A stretch of DNA of 63,351 nt, the filler included, from Choristocarpus tenellus KU-1152 (lineage: Eukaryota; Protista; Phaeophyceae), in the NCBI GenBank assembly GCA_964200185.2. It is 7 parts of 7 records of this genome, joined end to end, with 100 filler letters (N's around TTAATTAATTAA, not from the genome) between each part and the next. Parts side by side here need not be neighbours in the genome. Positions count along the whole stretch, not along the records: positions 1 to 5,660 come from CAXNAD020010100.1; positions 5,761 to 21,688 come from CAXNAD020000903.1; 5 more parts are not named here. One strand, written 5' to 3'. Made by a program: the position numbers and the translations under genes. Below are positions 1-11,033 of the stretch, in pieces; positions within the stretch are counted from its first letter, which is position 1, and the number at the start of each line of letters is the position of its first letter. The notes beneath the pieces were generated by a model. The model was not told the origin of the DNA. It did no database searches and saw only the letters and a program-made list of their open reading frames with translations.

Positions 1-41
1 CAAATGGACAGCCGCCACCCCCCCCCCAGATACTTTGAGCC
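1..41. mobile_element. MITE family C, right end only (window edge)
   Basis: CAAATGGACAGCCGCCACCCCCC..CAGATACTTTGAGCC matches the right ends of the copies at 4299-4483 and 35253-35430. Confidence 0.8.
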
Positions 42-1079
42 TGTCCTCTGATCACAAGTTGACTTATGACAGTACACAAGCACTGGAAAACCTTGCAAAA
101 TGATCTGCTTCTTTCTGGTGACTTGTCCTCTAGTTGTGACAGCCAAAGGACTGACGAGGGATGCATTTGTTGGTATATTCTTCTTCTGGTGCAGTTCTAC
201 TGTCTACTCGTTCATGTTGTGAAGCATTGGCTGCGGTATTGTTGAAATCACAAAAACTGTGTATTGGGGGCCTACAATAGGGTGAATGAAAACTGAGGAT
301 TGCATTCATCTTCACCTTGTTGTGAGCAATGACCTCCACTCCAAACAAGTGTATGTTGTCAGTATTGAAAAGTGCTCCTCCTTGTACTTTGTCTTTGAAA
401 ATTTCAACCTGGCGTCCAACTGTAGTACATACTATACAATAGATACCCTTGTGGTAGTCTAATTTGCCGCCATCTGTTGTAGAGAGTCACTTAAGGGTTC
501 CAGCCAGTGGACCCTATAGTAGAGGTCTAACTTTGGTAGAAGCAATGGCTACATCGAAAATTCGTCACACCCTTTCCCGTATCATGCATCTTTCATGGCA
601 ACGCTTGGAGCCTCCCTGGGGTCTTGCGATTCTATCGTGTCATGGGAATGCTCCAAAGGGAACCGTTTCATGGGAAAATGGCAAGGTGGTGATGTCCTCC
701 ATAACCAATGGAATGAGGGCTGGCAAACCTCGAAACTCGGAAACAGTCGTTTTATGTGTGTACTTATTGCCAAATGCCCTGCTTTTCTATTTCAAGTCAA
801 GTCTTTCCGTCTGGTGATAACATGCGCGAGGCAGGGCTTTTAATAATTATCAAGGAGAGACGAGGAGTAAACGATGATCCATGTAGCAAATTATGAATAT
901 GGACAATGCAGAAAGAAGCACGGCAACAAAATGCTTTAAAAACGTCCTCAGAGGAACATACTCCTGAGCGCAGCCTAAAACATGACAAAGTAAAAAGCAA
1001 AAGCGTGTATTAATTATTATGTGGTGATGCCCAATATTATGGTATTAATTGGGATTTTCGAAGATTGTGTCAATTGAGA

Positions 1080-1520
1080 ACAACGGTGAGATAGGCCTTG
1101 TGCTGCACCTAGGGGGCAGGTGGCACCTCAAAATCACAGAGGTAGTACATCTGACCGTCTTTCCAGATGAAATACCACTTCTTGCCCACGTCTACAAAGT
1201 CTTCGTGTGGATGCGATGGAAACTCCTGGCCAAGCCTCCAGGTCCCTCATTGACCCAGTGCATTGCTCACCCTAGGTTTGGTACCTTACATTCCTTCAAT
1301 AAGAAATTGCTTCAGGTAGGTTGAGCATGCCCTACAGCCAAGGACGTTAATGTTGCCGTGAAGAGTGGTTGGTGGGATACCTGGCTGTGGCGCCACAATG
1401 GGATGCCAGGTTATGTGCCTTTTTATGTTATCATTGGCCGGAACTTCCCTTCCGCACAATTTCTGCATTGGCACCAACAACACCAGCATCCTTTTTGGGG
1501 CTTGTAGCTTTTCCAAACCT
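1080..1520 (-). pseudogene. Degenerate mariner-like (DD39D/Stowaway-type) transposase fragment
   Basis: Minus-strand frames give GIPPTTLH..CSTYLKQFL and DFVDVGKKWYFIWKDGQMYYLCDFEVPPAP*VQHK. These resemble the IPxTTLHR..SNxLKPxLT and VHVDEKWFY..YYL..E.P.R.xSK motifs of plant/oomycete mariners. Stops and frameshifts are present. Confidence 0.6.
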
Positions 1521-4298
1521 TGCTAATAGCTATGGATTGGTCTCAAACAAGATGACGACCCACTTTAAGTTAACCCCTGATCAGAGAGCCCTTGTTGCTG
1601 CCCTTAAACAGCTCTACAAACGCACCCCCTTCTTTCAGTCAGCGTCAGAGTCCTATTTTTCATATAGTCTTGGACATATTTTGACTGTTTGCATGCCTAT
1701 GTGTGTATATATATGTGTGTGTGTAACTGGAGGGCCTCTCATCAGGGATTTTGAAATGAGCACCAGGTTTGACTCTCCTTTTCACCAGTCTCCTCTCTCC
1801 TCAAATTGTTGAATGTGAAACAACAAATAATGAATAAAGTGTGGAGTCATCTTCCAAAGAAGGTATACCTTGATGGTAACCTGTCTTGAAGAATCTGATA
1901 TTCAAATGACATTTATTTTTTCATGTTGAAGGTAACATCTGCTTGAAGAAAATAGCGAGTGGTTTGAGGGGACCTTGCAAACCCCCCTGATCCACTTTAC
2001 CGCTTATTCACTCTTTTCCTGAGTGATGTTCTGAGGGATTGCCCTCCCTCTTGTCGTGTCTCTCTCCTTTTCCTTTCCTCCTGTTGTGGGTCTTCCCTCT
2101 CCCCTTCAGTACGAAGAACCTGTCGGTTTGTTTCCACCTGTTTCACAGAAGTAGTATATTTTTTATAATTCCGAAATTTTCAAGATGTGTCAGGGAAAAG
2201 CCAATTCAACATCGTAAGGACCCCTGAAAAAATAGCAGTTGTCTTAAACGTGAAGGATATCTCTCCAAAATCTATTTACTATTTGACTACCAGCTATACT
2301 ACACCACTCCCCTGCTATGCCTCCAATCTAGCTACACCACAGGACGAGGAGCTAGGGAACCATCCCAAGATCTGACAGGCCTCCTTCCCATCTCCCTGGT
2401 TTCCCCAGCTTAAAACACATGACAGTTTTTTGATAGAACCATACTATATCAATGAGATCTATCAGCCACTCAGACCCTTCTTTGTATTAAACAGGAACCC
2501 ACCAAAAAAAGACAACATATTGTGTCGAACCTTCTTTTGGATTCGTATTGATTTAGAGTTAGGGAGATAGGGTTAAGGCTAGTACATATGATTATGAGTT
2601 CCTGTGTTTACAACTGGATGCCTGAATAATCACAAACCTGAATGGCAGTACATACTCCGATAAGTCAAGCATCACCAAGTCTCACCCAAAAATAGAGCCC
2701 CATCCAACCTAACCAGGCTACGCCACAGTAGCAGGAATGGGAGGAAATTCCGCTCTGGTACATCTTAGGTTGGACACCACTTGTTGTGCAAAAAATCTTA
2801 AGCATTTGGGACCACGTACGCTGAGCTTCTTCTATATGGTGTGGCGTTTTGAGTACTGTCCTTGTGTATTCAATCTCATTGCTTCCCCAACACCATATCT
2901 TTAGCATTGTTTGTTGCCAGTCGAAATAGTTCACCAGTAGAGCTTTATTTCTTTTCCCCAAAACATCTTTCGAGACTAACTCAAAAGAATCAAAGCGTGC
3001 AAGCAGTGATCGAGGTGAGACGAGGCATGTAAAGCAATGAACGTTGCAAGGTGACCGTGAGGAAACGCCAAGCACCATGAGGAAGTTTACTGCAAGTCAC
3101 ACGGCGCACATAGATAGTACTGTAAAATGATTGACTGGTTCAAAACAAGCCTCTCAATAGTGCAATCTAAATTATTCTTCAAACAGGGTGAGTCTTCACG
3201 ATTTACAATGTTAACACGGCATAATATATTTCTCTACCTTGGGAATGCTGACGTTTGTCTCTACTACAATGCACTTGGCACCCACAAGAGACAGCTTCAC
3301 ACCCTGTAGCCTCACCGGCTCGGTTGCCCGACTTGTCAAGCAGGGAAGGTGCTTCTACAACCGTTTTTGTTCAATATTCGCAATGGACCACCTGAAAAGC
3401 TCCTAACCGCTCCACCTCACCTAACTATCTTTCATATTAAATATCCCCATTGGTGACTCAATTGTGAATAGTTTATTTGATTGCCTGCTTCAGGTCATGG
3501 TAAACCTTGTGATGAGAGAAGTTCCAGCAGCAGTACAACCCTTCACTATTATTTTCCCGGGGTTTTTGTTGAGTACTAGCTGATGTTCTTGCCGTTTAGT
3601 CTTGATATTGACCATATGGCTAGAGATGTAGACCTCACAGACAGGACTCTTGGAAAGGGTAGCCTGGTGTTCTGTTTTTCTCACTACCCTTAAGAGCATG
3701 CTGCTGGAGTAATCATAACATCTTGTGAAGTACAGAAAATAGTTGTAAGGATCAAGGAACAACCAATGAAAGTGCGGCTGAATAAACAGAGGCACGCTAA
3801 TAAATATTCATGCCAGAATCCCGTTGCACATGGCTGAATGAGGATGCTCAAACCTCCTTAGAAGCTTGGAGTGATGCAAAAGAAAATCCGTTGCATGTAT
3901 AGGCAAAACCTGAAGATATCCCTCCATCCCCTCCCACCCCCTCCTTGAAATCATTCTACTTCCTCTGGTTGAGCTGCCTGGTCAACTCCTCCTTTTCGGC
4001 AGGTATGCATGCCTGTCCGCTCCTCCCAGCTGACTGTGCCAAGGTCTCCCTCTTCCCCTGTCCGGGGCAGACGTGCTTCCTGCCGCAGTGGCAACCGTTG
4101 GTAGAAAAAAGAAGCGACAATGTGCGTGTAGAAGGGTGAGAGCGGAACAACTGAGAGCAGAATGGATACACATATTCCTCAGTCACAGGAAAGTCTAACC
4201 CCACAGCCTTGTCTTTCGCCACTACTGGGTTTATTTGTTAGTGATCAGGTGCCCACCTTGCTTCGCTATCATGTTTTTAATCGTTTCTTTTATGGACG

Positions 4299-4483
4299 GG
4301 CTCAGAGTATCTGGGGAGGGGGGGAGGGGGTCTACACCAGGGTGTCCATTTGGACCCTGACTACTAGGAAAAGTACACTTACATTATCCATCCAACACAT
4401 ACAACTAAATCACCCAAAAATATCAACATGGAAAAATGGGCCCCAAATGGACAGCCGCCACCCCCCCCCAGACACTTTGAGCA
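4299..4483. mobile_element. MITE family C (~185 bp)
   Basis: TIRs GGCTCAGAGTATCTGGGG ... CCCCAGACACTTTGAGCA; ACG on both flanks. Confidence 0.8.
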
Positions 4484-5579
4484 ACGCCTTCTCCCACATC
4501 TCCCCAGACAACACTTTATTGTCTACATGTATGTAGTATGTCGTACGTACAAACATCTGCACACACACACACATATCTACATTAACGTCTAAAAGTTCTC
4601 TTCATTGTGTAACTCACTCACCGTGAGCTCCACCACACTCCTGAGGTCATCTACGTATGTCATTGCCTTCATTTTCTCCTGATAGCTCATTTTTGGTCTC
4701 CGATGCGCAACAGAGTAGCCTACCCCCTCACTTGGAACCCCTTCCCGTGCTCCATGCCTCTCACCAACCTCATCTTTGGGGATAGCTTTGTTACGCAACT
4801 CTTGGCTTTGGTATGCAGGGGCTGATCTAAACAGACGGAATGACACGCAATCAAGAAATGAATGTTTGCACCAACATACAGGCCAATCACAGCCAGACAG
4901 CAAATTTGATGCAATACGGGGTGCCGATGAGATTATGTCAAGTATTGGATCAAGTTGACTTGCCACAGACCCACCCAGTGTCAGAAAATGCCATCAAGAA
5001 AACCTACAACCCATGAACGACGAGGAAGATAGCCAGTCACACACAGACAGTGGTGCAGCATGGCATCAAAATCTGCCATGGCTGAGTAAGAGTGTGGGTG
5101 TGTGGTGTAAATGAAACCTTTCTTTAAAACAAGAGCTCGCCTGTAGAAAGAGCTACCTACAATCAAGCCACCAGCTTTGTAAAACTCTGGTGAGTAATCC
5201 ACGTGGTGATAGAGCTTGTCCCCGGGGTTGTTGAGCGCTGGCACTCCCCCTCGCCGCACTCTTATTGAGGGGACCTTCCGCTTCAGACCTTTGCAGCGGG
5301 GTGAATGTTGATGTGTGATATTTTGCAAAGATTTATAGGTACACTGAGGAAGAGATTAGTGGATAGGTAGGAGTGATTTACCCCCCAAGATAGCTGGGGT
5401 GTAATAAGAGTGAGTGAGACCCTGTCATTTTAATCTCAAGTGTCTGCAAGGCAGGCGATGGCAACAACCTTTTTTTTGTTGTTGCTCTTGAACTACACTT
5501 GGGGGGAGGGAGTCTGACAGGATGACTTCAAAGCTATCGTTAAATGCATGACTCACGGACAAGAAAGTCAAGAGACAAA

Positions 5580-5660
5580 GGTTCAATGTATCTAGGGGGG
5601 AGGGTGGCGGCTGTCCATTTTGGGTCAATTTTTTCATGTCGCCATTTTTGGGTGATTTGG
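5580..5660. mobile_element. MITE family C, partial, inverted, cut by contig end
   Basis: GGTTCAATGTATCTAGGGGGGAGGGTGGCGGCTGTCCATTT is the reverse complement of the family C right end. Confidence 0.75.
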
Positions 5661-5760
5661 NNNNNNNNNNNNNNNNNNNNNNNNNNNNNNNNNNNNNNNN
5701 NNNNTTAATTAATTAANNNNNNNNNNNNNNNNNNNNNNNNNNNNNNNNNNNNNNNNNNNN
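5661..5760. other. Artificial contig linker
   Basis: N-run + TTAATTAATTAA + N-run, 100 nt, repeated identically six times in the window. Confidence 0.98.
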
Positions 5761-5923
5761 GGGGGGAGGGGTCTCTACCAGGTTGTCCTTTCGGACCCTG
5801 ACCAGGAGAAGTGCACTTATATTTTCCATCAGACGCATGCAACTAAATCGCCCAAGAATCACTACATGGAAAAATGAGTCCCGAATGGGCAACCACCACC
5901 CCCCCGCTCAGATATTTTGAGTC
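5761..5923. mobile_element. MITE family C (left TIR lost at contig start)
   Basis: Internal sequence matches 4320-4483; ends CAGATATTTTGAGTC. Confidence 0.8.
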
Positions 5924-6063
5924 AGATGATCTCTCTCTTCAGCTCTGACATGGTCAGGCCAAACGATCTGGCTACCATCACCATCACATCGTTATCCTAG
6001 CCAAACCTCCTCGGGTGTTAAATGTAACACCCGCATCATCAGGATAACGCATATCCCACAGAA

Positions 6064-6322
6064 GAGCCAAAGTATCTTAGAGGGTAAAGCCACGTCCATT
6101 TGGGGGCCAAAATCCAGTGTTGCAATTTTGATGTAACTCCGGCTATCATGTTTGCAAGGAAGCGTCAATATCCTTGTTCCGGACACAGCTTTTCATAACG
6201 TACACATTTTACCTACTCCGAAACATTTTTGAGTAGGAAAATATCATAAAAAGAGACCATGGGAAGCCAAGACCCGAATGGACAAACAGGGAAAACTCGT
6301 ACCCTCTAAGATACTTTCACTC
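6064..6322. mobile_element. MITE family B (~260 bp) inserted in the LINE
   Basis: TIRs GAGCCAAAGTATCTTAGAGGGTA ... TACCCTCTAAGATACTTTCACTC; 4-bp TSD AGAA/AGAA. Confidence 0.9.
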
Positions 6323-6912
6323 AGAAGCTGCTTAAGTGTTGTTCCATTCCCTGTTGCTTCTCCTAAGATCTAGTTGTTTTTTCCACTCTCCTTATTACCC
6401 CAGGGTCCTTGGAGATAGCAAGGTTAGAGGTGAATTCATCAACTGTTACGCCTAGCACCTCAGTGAAAAAGGTACTGAAGAGGATGACAGCAAGAATATA
6501 CCCTTACCGAAGACTTTTCAGTCTTAAACCACTCTGTACACTCTCCATCGTGTGAATGCACCCGCGTTTCATCATGGAATAGCCGATGAATGAGATTGTC
6601 TTCTCAGGCACAATCACATGATTGTGGTCAACAGAGTTATGCTTTCTGCAGGTCAATGAAAGACACTAAAGTGGGATATTTTCTCGACCGAGATTTTTGA
6701 GGGCACCGGCAGTTTAGTAATCATGTCTACAGTGGATCATCGGGACCAGAATCACACTACTCTCGGAGAAAGATTTCCCGTTCCAGGCAATCTCCCAGTT
6801 ATCGGTTGTGCAACAACCCTGAGAAGTATTTTGCCAGCGTGTACCATCAATGAGGTTACCCTGTAGCTACCACAAGATGTATGATCGTTCCTCTTGTGGA
6901 GCACCATGATGA

Positions 6913-7280
6913 TGCCGAAGTATTCCACACTGGACCCGTGGTTAAGATGATTAATCGTGTGCCTGGGTAGAGAGAGGACAATGTGGGTTGGTGTGAATGT
7001 AAAATGTTAGACTTCTATGAGGCTTGTGGACTCAGTTCCATTGACTGAACTCAAGGGGCTCACGACTAGTGGCACCCAATACCCTTCCTATAGTGTGGGG
7101 TTTGCAATCTCTCACACTAAGTTTCTGTGAGCCACGCACTTACTTGTCTTCAGTATGACAATTATATTTTGAACCTAGCACAAATCATTAGACACCAATG
7201 AGTCAATACATCTGGTAAATCATTTTCACTCAATACCACTAGTGGCATCTGAAGTGTATAAGCAGGACAATCCACGAACA
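6913..7280 (-). mobile_element. LTR (6913-7106) plus adjacent 3' internal fragment of an LTR element, inserted in the LINE
   Basis: Reverse complement shares TTAGTGTG.G.GATTGCAAACCCCAC.CTATAGGAA, TTCAGTCAATGGAA.TGAG and TCCAGTGTGGAATA with 29018-29211. It splits the LINE between WKD and VLHK. Confidence 0.65.
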
Positions 7281-7700
7281 GATAACCTCATCCTTCCAAA
7301 CCTGCGGCACAACTTCTTGGTCCCACACGATCAACACAATCTTGTGGAAAATGTGGATGATAGCCTTGTCCTCTATTAGACCACATTTCAGGATCTCAGC
7401 TGAAAGATGACCTGGAGTCTTTGCCTTCCCATTTCCCGTTGCCCAGATTACTTCAGCCACTATTCCACCAATGTTAGTGTATCACCCAGCACCATGTACT
7501 TCAATTGTTGTCCCCAGTCTTCAGCACAATGAGGGTTGAGATTGACCGACTTGTTATTGAGGAGCAGCTTAGAGTATAGCCACTACCTTTCCTTGATGAC
7601 TGCTTGCTCTCAGTACACTGTGTTCGAGAACCCCTGAGTAAAGATGGTGTACCACATGAGTATGTTCCCTTTGATGATATAGTAGATTAGGAGTGTGTTA

Positions 7701-7884
7701 GGGTCAAAGTATCTGGGGGGGAGGGTGTCGGCGTTCCTTTTTCAACCTTTTTTCGATTTTCACTTCTTTGGTGTGATTTGGTCGCACGTGTCGGATTTGA
7801 AATGGCAGCAAAAAAAAGAGTTCTTTGACCAAAACGGACGCCCCCTCACAAACCGCCCCCTTCCCCCCCCAGGTACTTTGACCC
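7701..7884. mobile_element. MITE family A (184 bp), complete
   Basis: TIRs GGGTCAAAGTATCTGGGGGG ... CCCCCCAGGTACTTTGACCC; TTA on both flanks. Confidence 0.9.
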
Positions 7885-8125
7885 TTACACTGGCATCAAC
7901 ATTTGGCCTCTACATTAGACTGAACTAAAAGGGCAAGTGTGGGGTATTGCCTGACCACCCAGTGCACTCGAATGTGTTAATCCCGTTACTCTCTTATCTC
8001 TACTGGAAAAAATACAGTAGTATAGAATTGTACTATGGAATATTAATATATATCTTTGGCATACTTCCTTTTCACTCAATACCACTAGTAAACTGCTGTT
8101 ACTTGTCTGGTTACCTATTCCAAAC

Positions 8126-8353
8126 GAGTTGAAGTATCTTAGAGGGTAGAGCCGCGTCCGTTTGGTGCCCAAAATCCAATGTTGCGATTTTGATGTAATT
8201 TGGCTATCGCGTATGTAAGAAGGTGTCAATATCCTTGCAATTTCCTACTACGAAATGTTTCAGAGTATGAACAGGTAATAAAAAAACTCGTGGGAAGCCA
8301 AGACCCAAACGGACAACAGGGCAAGACTTGTACCCTCTAAGATACTTTATCTC
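8126..8353. mobile_element. MITE family B
   Basis: TIRs GAGTTGAAGTATCTTAGAGGGTA ... TACCCTCTAAGATACTTTATCTC; 4-bp TSD AAAC/AAAC. Confidence 0.9.
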
Positions 8354-8609
8354 AAACTGCATTTGCAGCTTCACAGGTGGTGTCCATGTATGTTGCCGTA
8401 CCTATTACAACAATCTCCCTTGCTGTGACTAGATTTTACACCATTCTATCCACAGCAATCTTGCATCCTCTACAACTTATGATACTCGTGATTGGAATAA
8501 TAGCAAGTCCTCATCAAAAATCCTTGAAAAAAATCTTTATCCTTCAAATGAACTTTTGTGAAGTCAAAGAAATTACAACCAACCACAATCAAATCGTCTA
8601 AAGAAATAT

Positions 8610-8948
8610 TTCAATTAATCGAATTGAATCGAATTGAACCAAAGTGTAGGTACATTTTATGGTGCACACTATACGCACGCAGATCACCGAGTACCGTATA
8701 ACCCTAACACAAAAATTCCAAACCCTTCACAGGTGTCACCAAAACACATCTCATGAAGAACAGTGAACTGGCGTGTAGTGTGTTATAAATTGTGAAACCT
8801 GGTCACGAATATGTGTTTCACGTTCGTCTTACATGATCGATCAAATAGTAGCAGGAGTGTTGTGATTAAAGAACGATTAACCGAAAAACCTAATAGCGAA
8901 CAACCGATCATTTTCAGTTAAATTCCTCGGTTATTCGGATTAATTGAA
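8610..8948. mobile_element. Possible small non-autonomous TIR element with AACCGA/AATCGA subterminal motifs
   Basis: TTCAATTAATCGAAT (8610) is an imperfect inverted repeat of TATTCGGATTAATTGAA (ending 8948). Single copy in the window; no clear TSD. Confidence 0.35.
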
Positions 8949-11033
8949 TTGAAGGTGATCGAACTTTCCAAATTCACATATATTTTGTAAGTCTTCGTAA
9001 ATATCAACAATATATGTCTCGATATCTCCATATCGAAATGCTTTCAGCTGGAAATTGAGTAATTCACCCTTACCACCAACGAAGAACCTTACACAAGGAA
9101 AGGCAGCATCTCCGAGTCCCTCGTCCCTACTAAGATTGTGCATCAAGGAAGCACGATGGATCTTGAGTGGGGATAATATTGGACTTCTGTGCGCTGAGGG
9201 AGACGTTTGACTTCTTTCGTTCAGTTGGGGGATATGCAATGGAGCTACCCGTCCTAAAACTGTTACTTGCTTCAATAGACCTCTCCATCCTGGCAGTGGT
9301 GAGAGATTGATTATGCTGCCATTATCATGACATTGTCCTGTTACGACTGGGTGGAGACGATTTTGACCATTCCTGTTCTTGGGAGAGGCGATGGATGTAC
9401 TTAAATACCATCTTGTCTTGAAGGATACTTCAAGTGGTGGTCCTAAATCTGGAAACTTCTCAAGGTTGACTGAACGGTCGATATTCGATGCTCCATATAG
9501 CCTGCACGGATTCGGATTTATTGTTTTTGGTCGATTGGTTGAGTTTTCTAGTTAATTGATACTTAGTGCATCTTTATATACTGTTGGATGTGCAATGTTG
9601 CAAACTCTGCCATCTTCACGAGATGGGACCTGAAGCGTGCAGTCATGCGCTGTTTGCTGTGCTTTCATTTCCCTGTCTACAGTCCTGGCCCTTGTCATGG
9701 AATTTTTGATGCCATGCTATCCTTGAACTAGGGTTGTTGCCATGTGTTACAACCGTTGTGAGTTCGTCGCTGGAGATTCCTTGTTTCATAATGACTGCGT
9801 TCTGCATCCATCGAGAGTCAAGAGTTCCAAGCAGATGGTACGCTTCCCAGTACAGGACCAGAGCACGACATTCAGGTCGTGGACCGAATGTATATAAGAT
9901 TGTCCTGAACGAGTTAAGTATAATCGGATGGAGTGGAGCTATCCATATAAGTCGTTCAGTATCTCCAGGCAGTTCTAAATGGAGGTAATCCGTTTTGTTA
10001 TAAACCATGTGGGCTTATGTCGTACAAATTGATGTCCGAATCCCTGATTGAAGGAAAGAATGGGAGGAGTTTGAGTTTTTCAATATTGAAATCACTTCCA
10101 ATATGCGGTCAGGGTCGGTTCATGACCATGCATCCACTCCAGCTAATGGAAGCTATACTGCATGGGCACCTTGACCTTCCTCCAACAAGTTGTTTTATTT
10201 TTCCTAACCTAACACTAACCTAACCCTAATCCCAATCCTAACCCTAACCCTAACCCTATTCAATACTCAGGTGTTAGTAGTCTTATGGTGTTGGTTTATG
10301 ATGCAAACCCTAACCCTAACCCTAACCCTAACCTCTTCCTTACTGCAGATGGTGTAGATGGAATAGATTGGTACAAACGAGTACAAGGCCAACACGGTCT
10401 TTGCTTTGATTGGTCTAAAAGTGCAGAACATTTTGCCTCACGATCTTTGCGACACCATGAAGCTTTCACCAGTTTTGTAACTTGACCGTTGAGTGTGATA
10501 ATTGCTTAGATCCAAAAGAGTTGTGTTTTCCAAGGTCTTAGGTGGGGGTATAGGTGGAATTCGATTGGAATAAAGGTAGTTATGGGAAGAATCATCATTG
10601 CAAGTGGTAGAGACCAACCTGCAGTGACTATTTCTGAGCTGGCTGGTGTGTTTTAGGTTGTTTCAAGCCTGTTTTAAGCCTGTTTTAAGGCTGTTTTGGC
10701 TGCAATTGGTGAGTGAGCCCCGTGAACACAAGAACAACTTAGGGTTAGGTTTAATGCTAAGAGCATACGTGGAGGAAACGCAAAGCAGCCATTGCTGTGT
10801 AAGGGGATGGGGTGATGGGGAGATGGGGTGATGGGGTGTCTGACAACAGTTACAACAGTTACAACAGTTACTATCACATGGTCCGCACAGGTTTGACCTC
10901 TGGAAAGAGTCGCAAGGATGAACTCGTGAAGGTGTTTAGGGTTAGGGTTATTTTTTTTCTAATCCCGCTTTTGTAAGAGTGATGTTATGCCCAACAAAAC
11001 CCATTGTATGTTCACTGTTGGTGTGATGTTTAG

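Larger units (their letters stand above)
5925..7660 (-). mobile_element. Degenerate RTE-like LINE reverse transcriptase, interrupted by a MITE and an LTR-element fragment
   Basis: Minus-strand motifs in the correct order: LLNNKSVNL, GKAKTPGHLSAEILK, WDQEVVPQVWKD, VLHKRNDHTSCGSYR, HAGKILL, FIDLQKA, IRLFHD, DGECTEWF, and LWDMRYPDDAG (YADD box). Many stops and frameshifts. Confidence 0.85.

Noticed and set aside
4589-5328. Possible SWIM/MULE transposase remnant (GCDWPVCWCKHS)
   Set aside because: Only one weak motif and no DDE domain recognised
5661-5760. TTAATTAATTAA palindromic motif between N-runs
   Set aside because: Artificial stop-in-all-frames contig linker, identical six times
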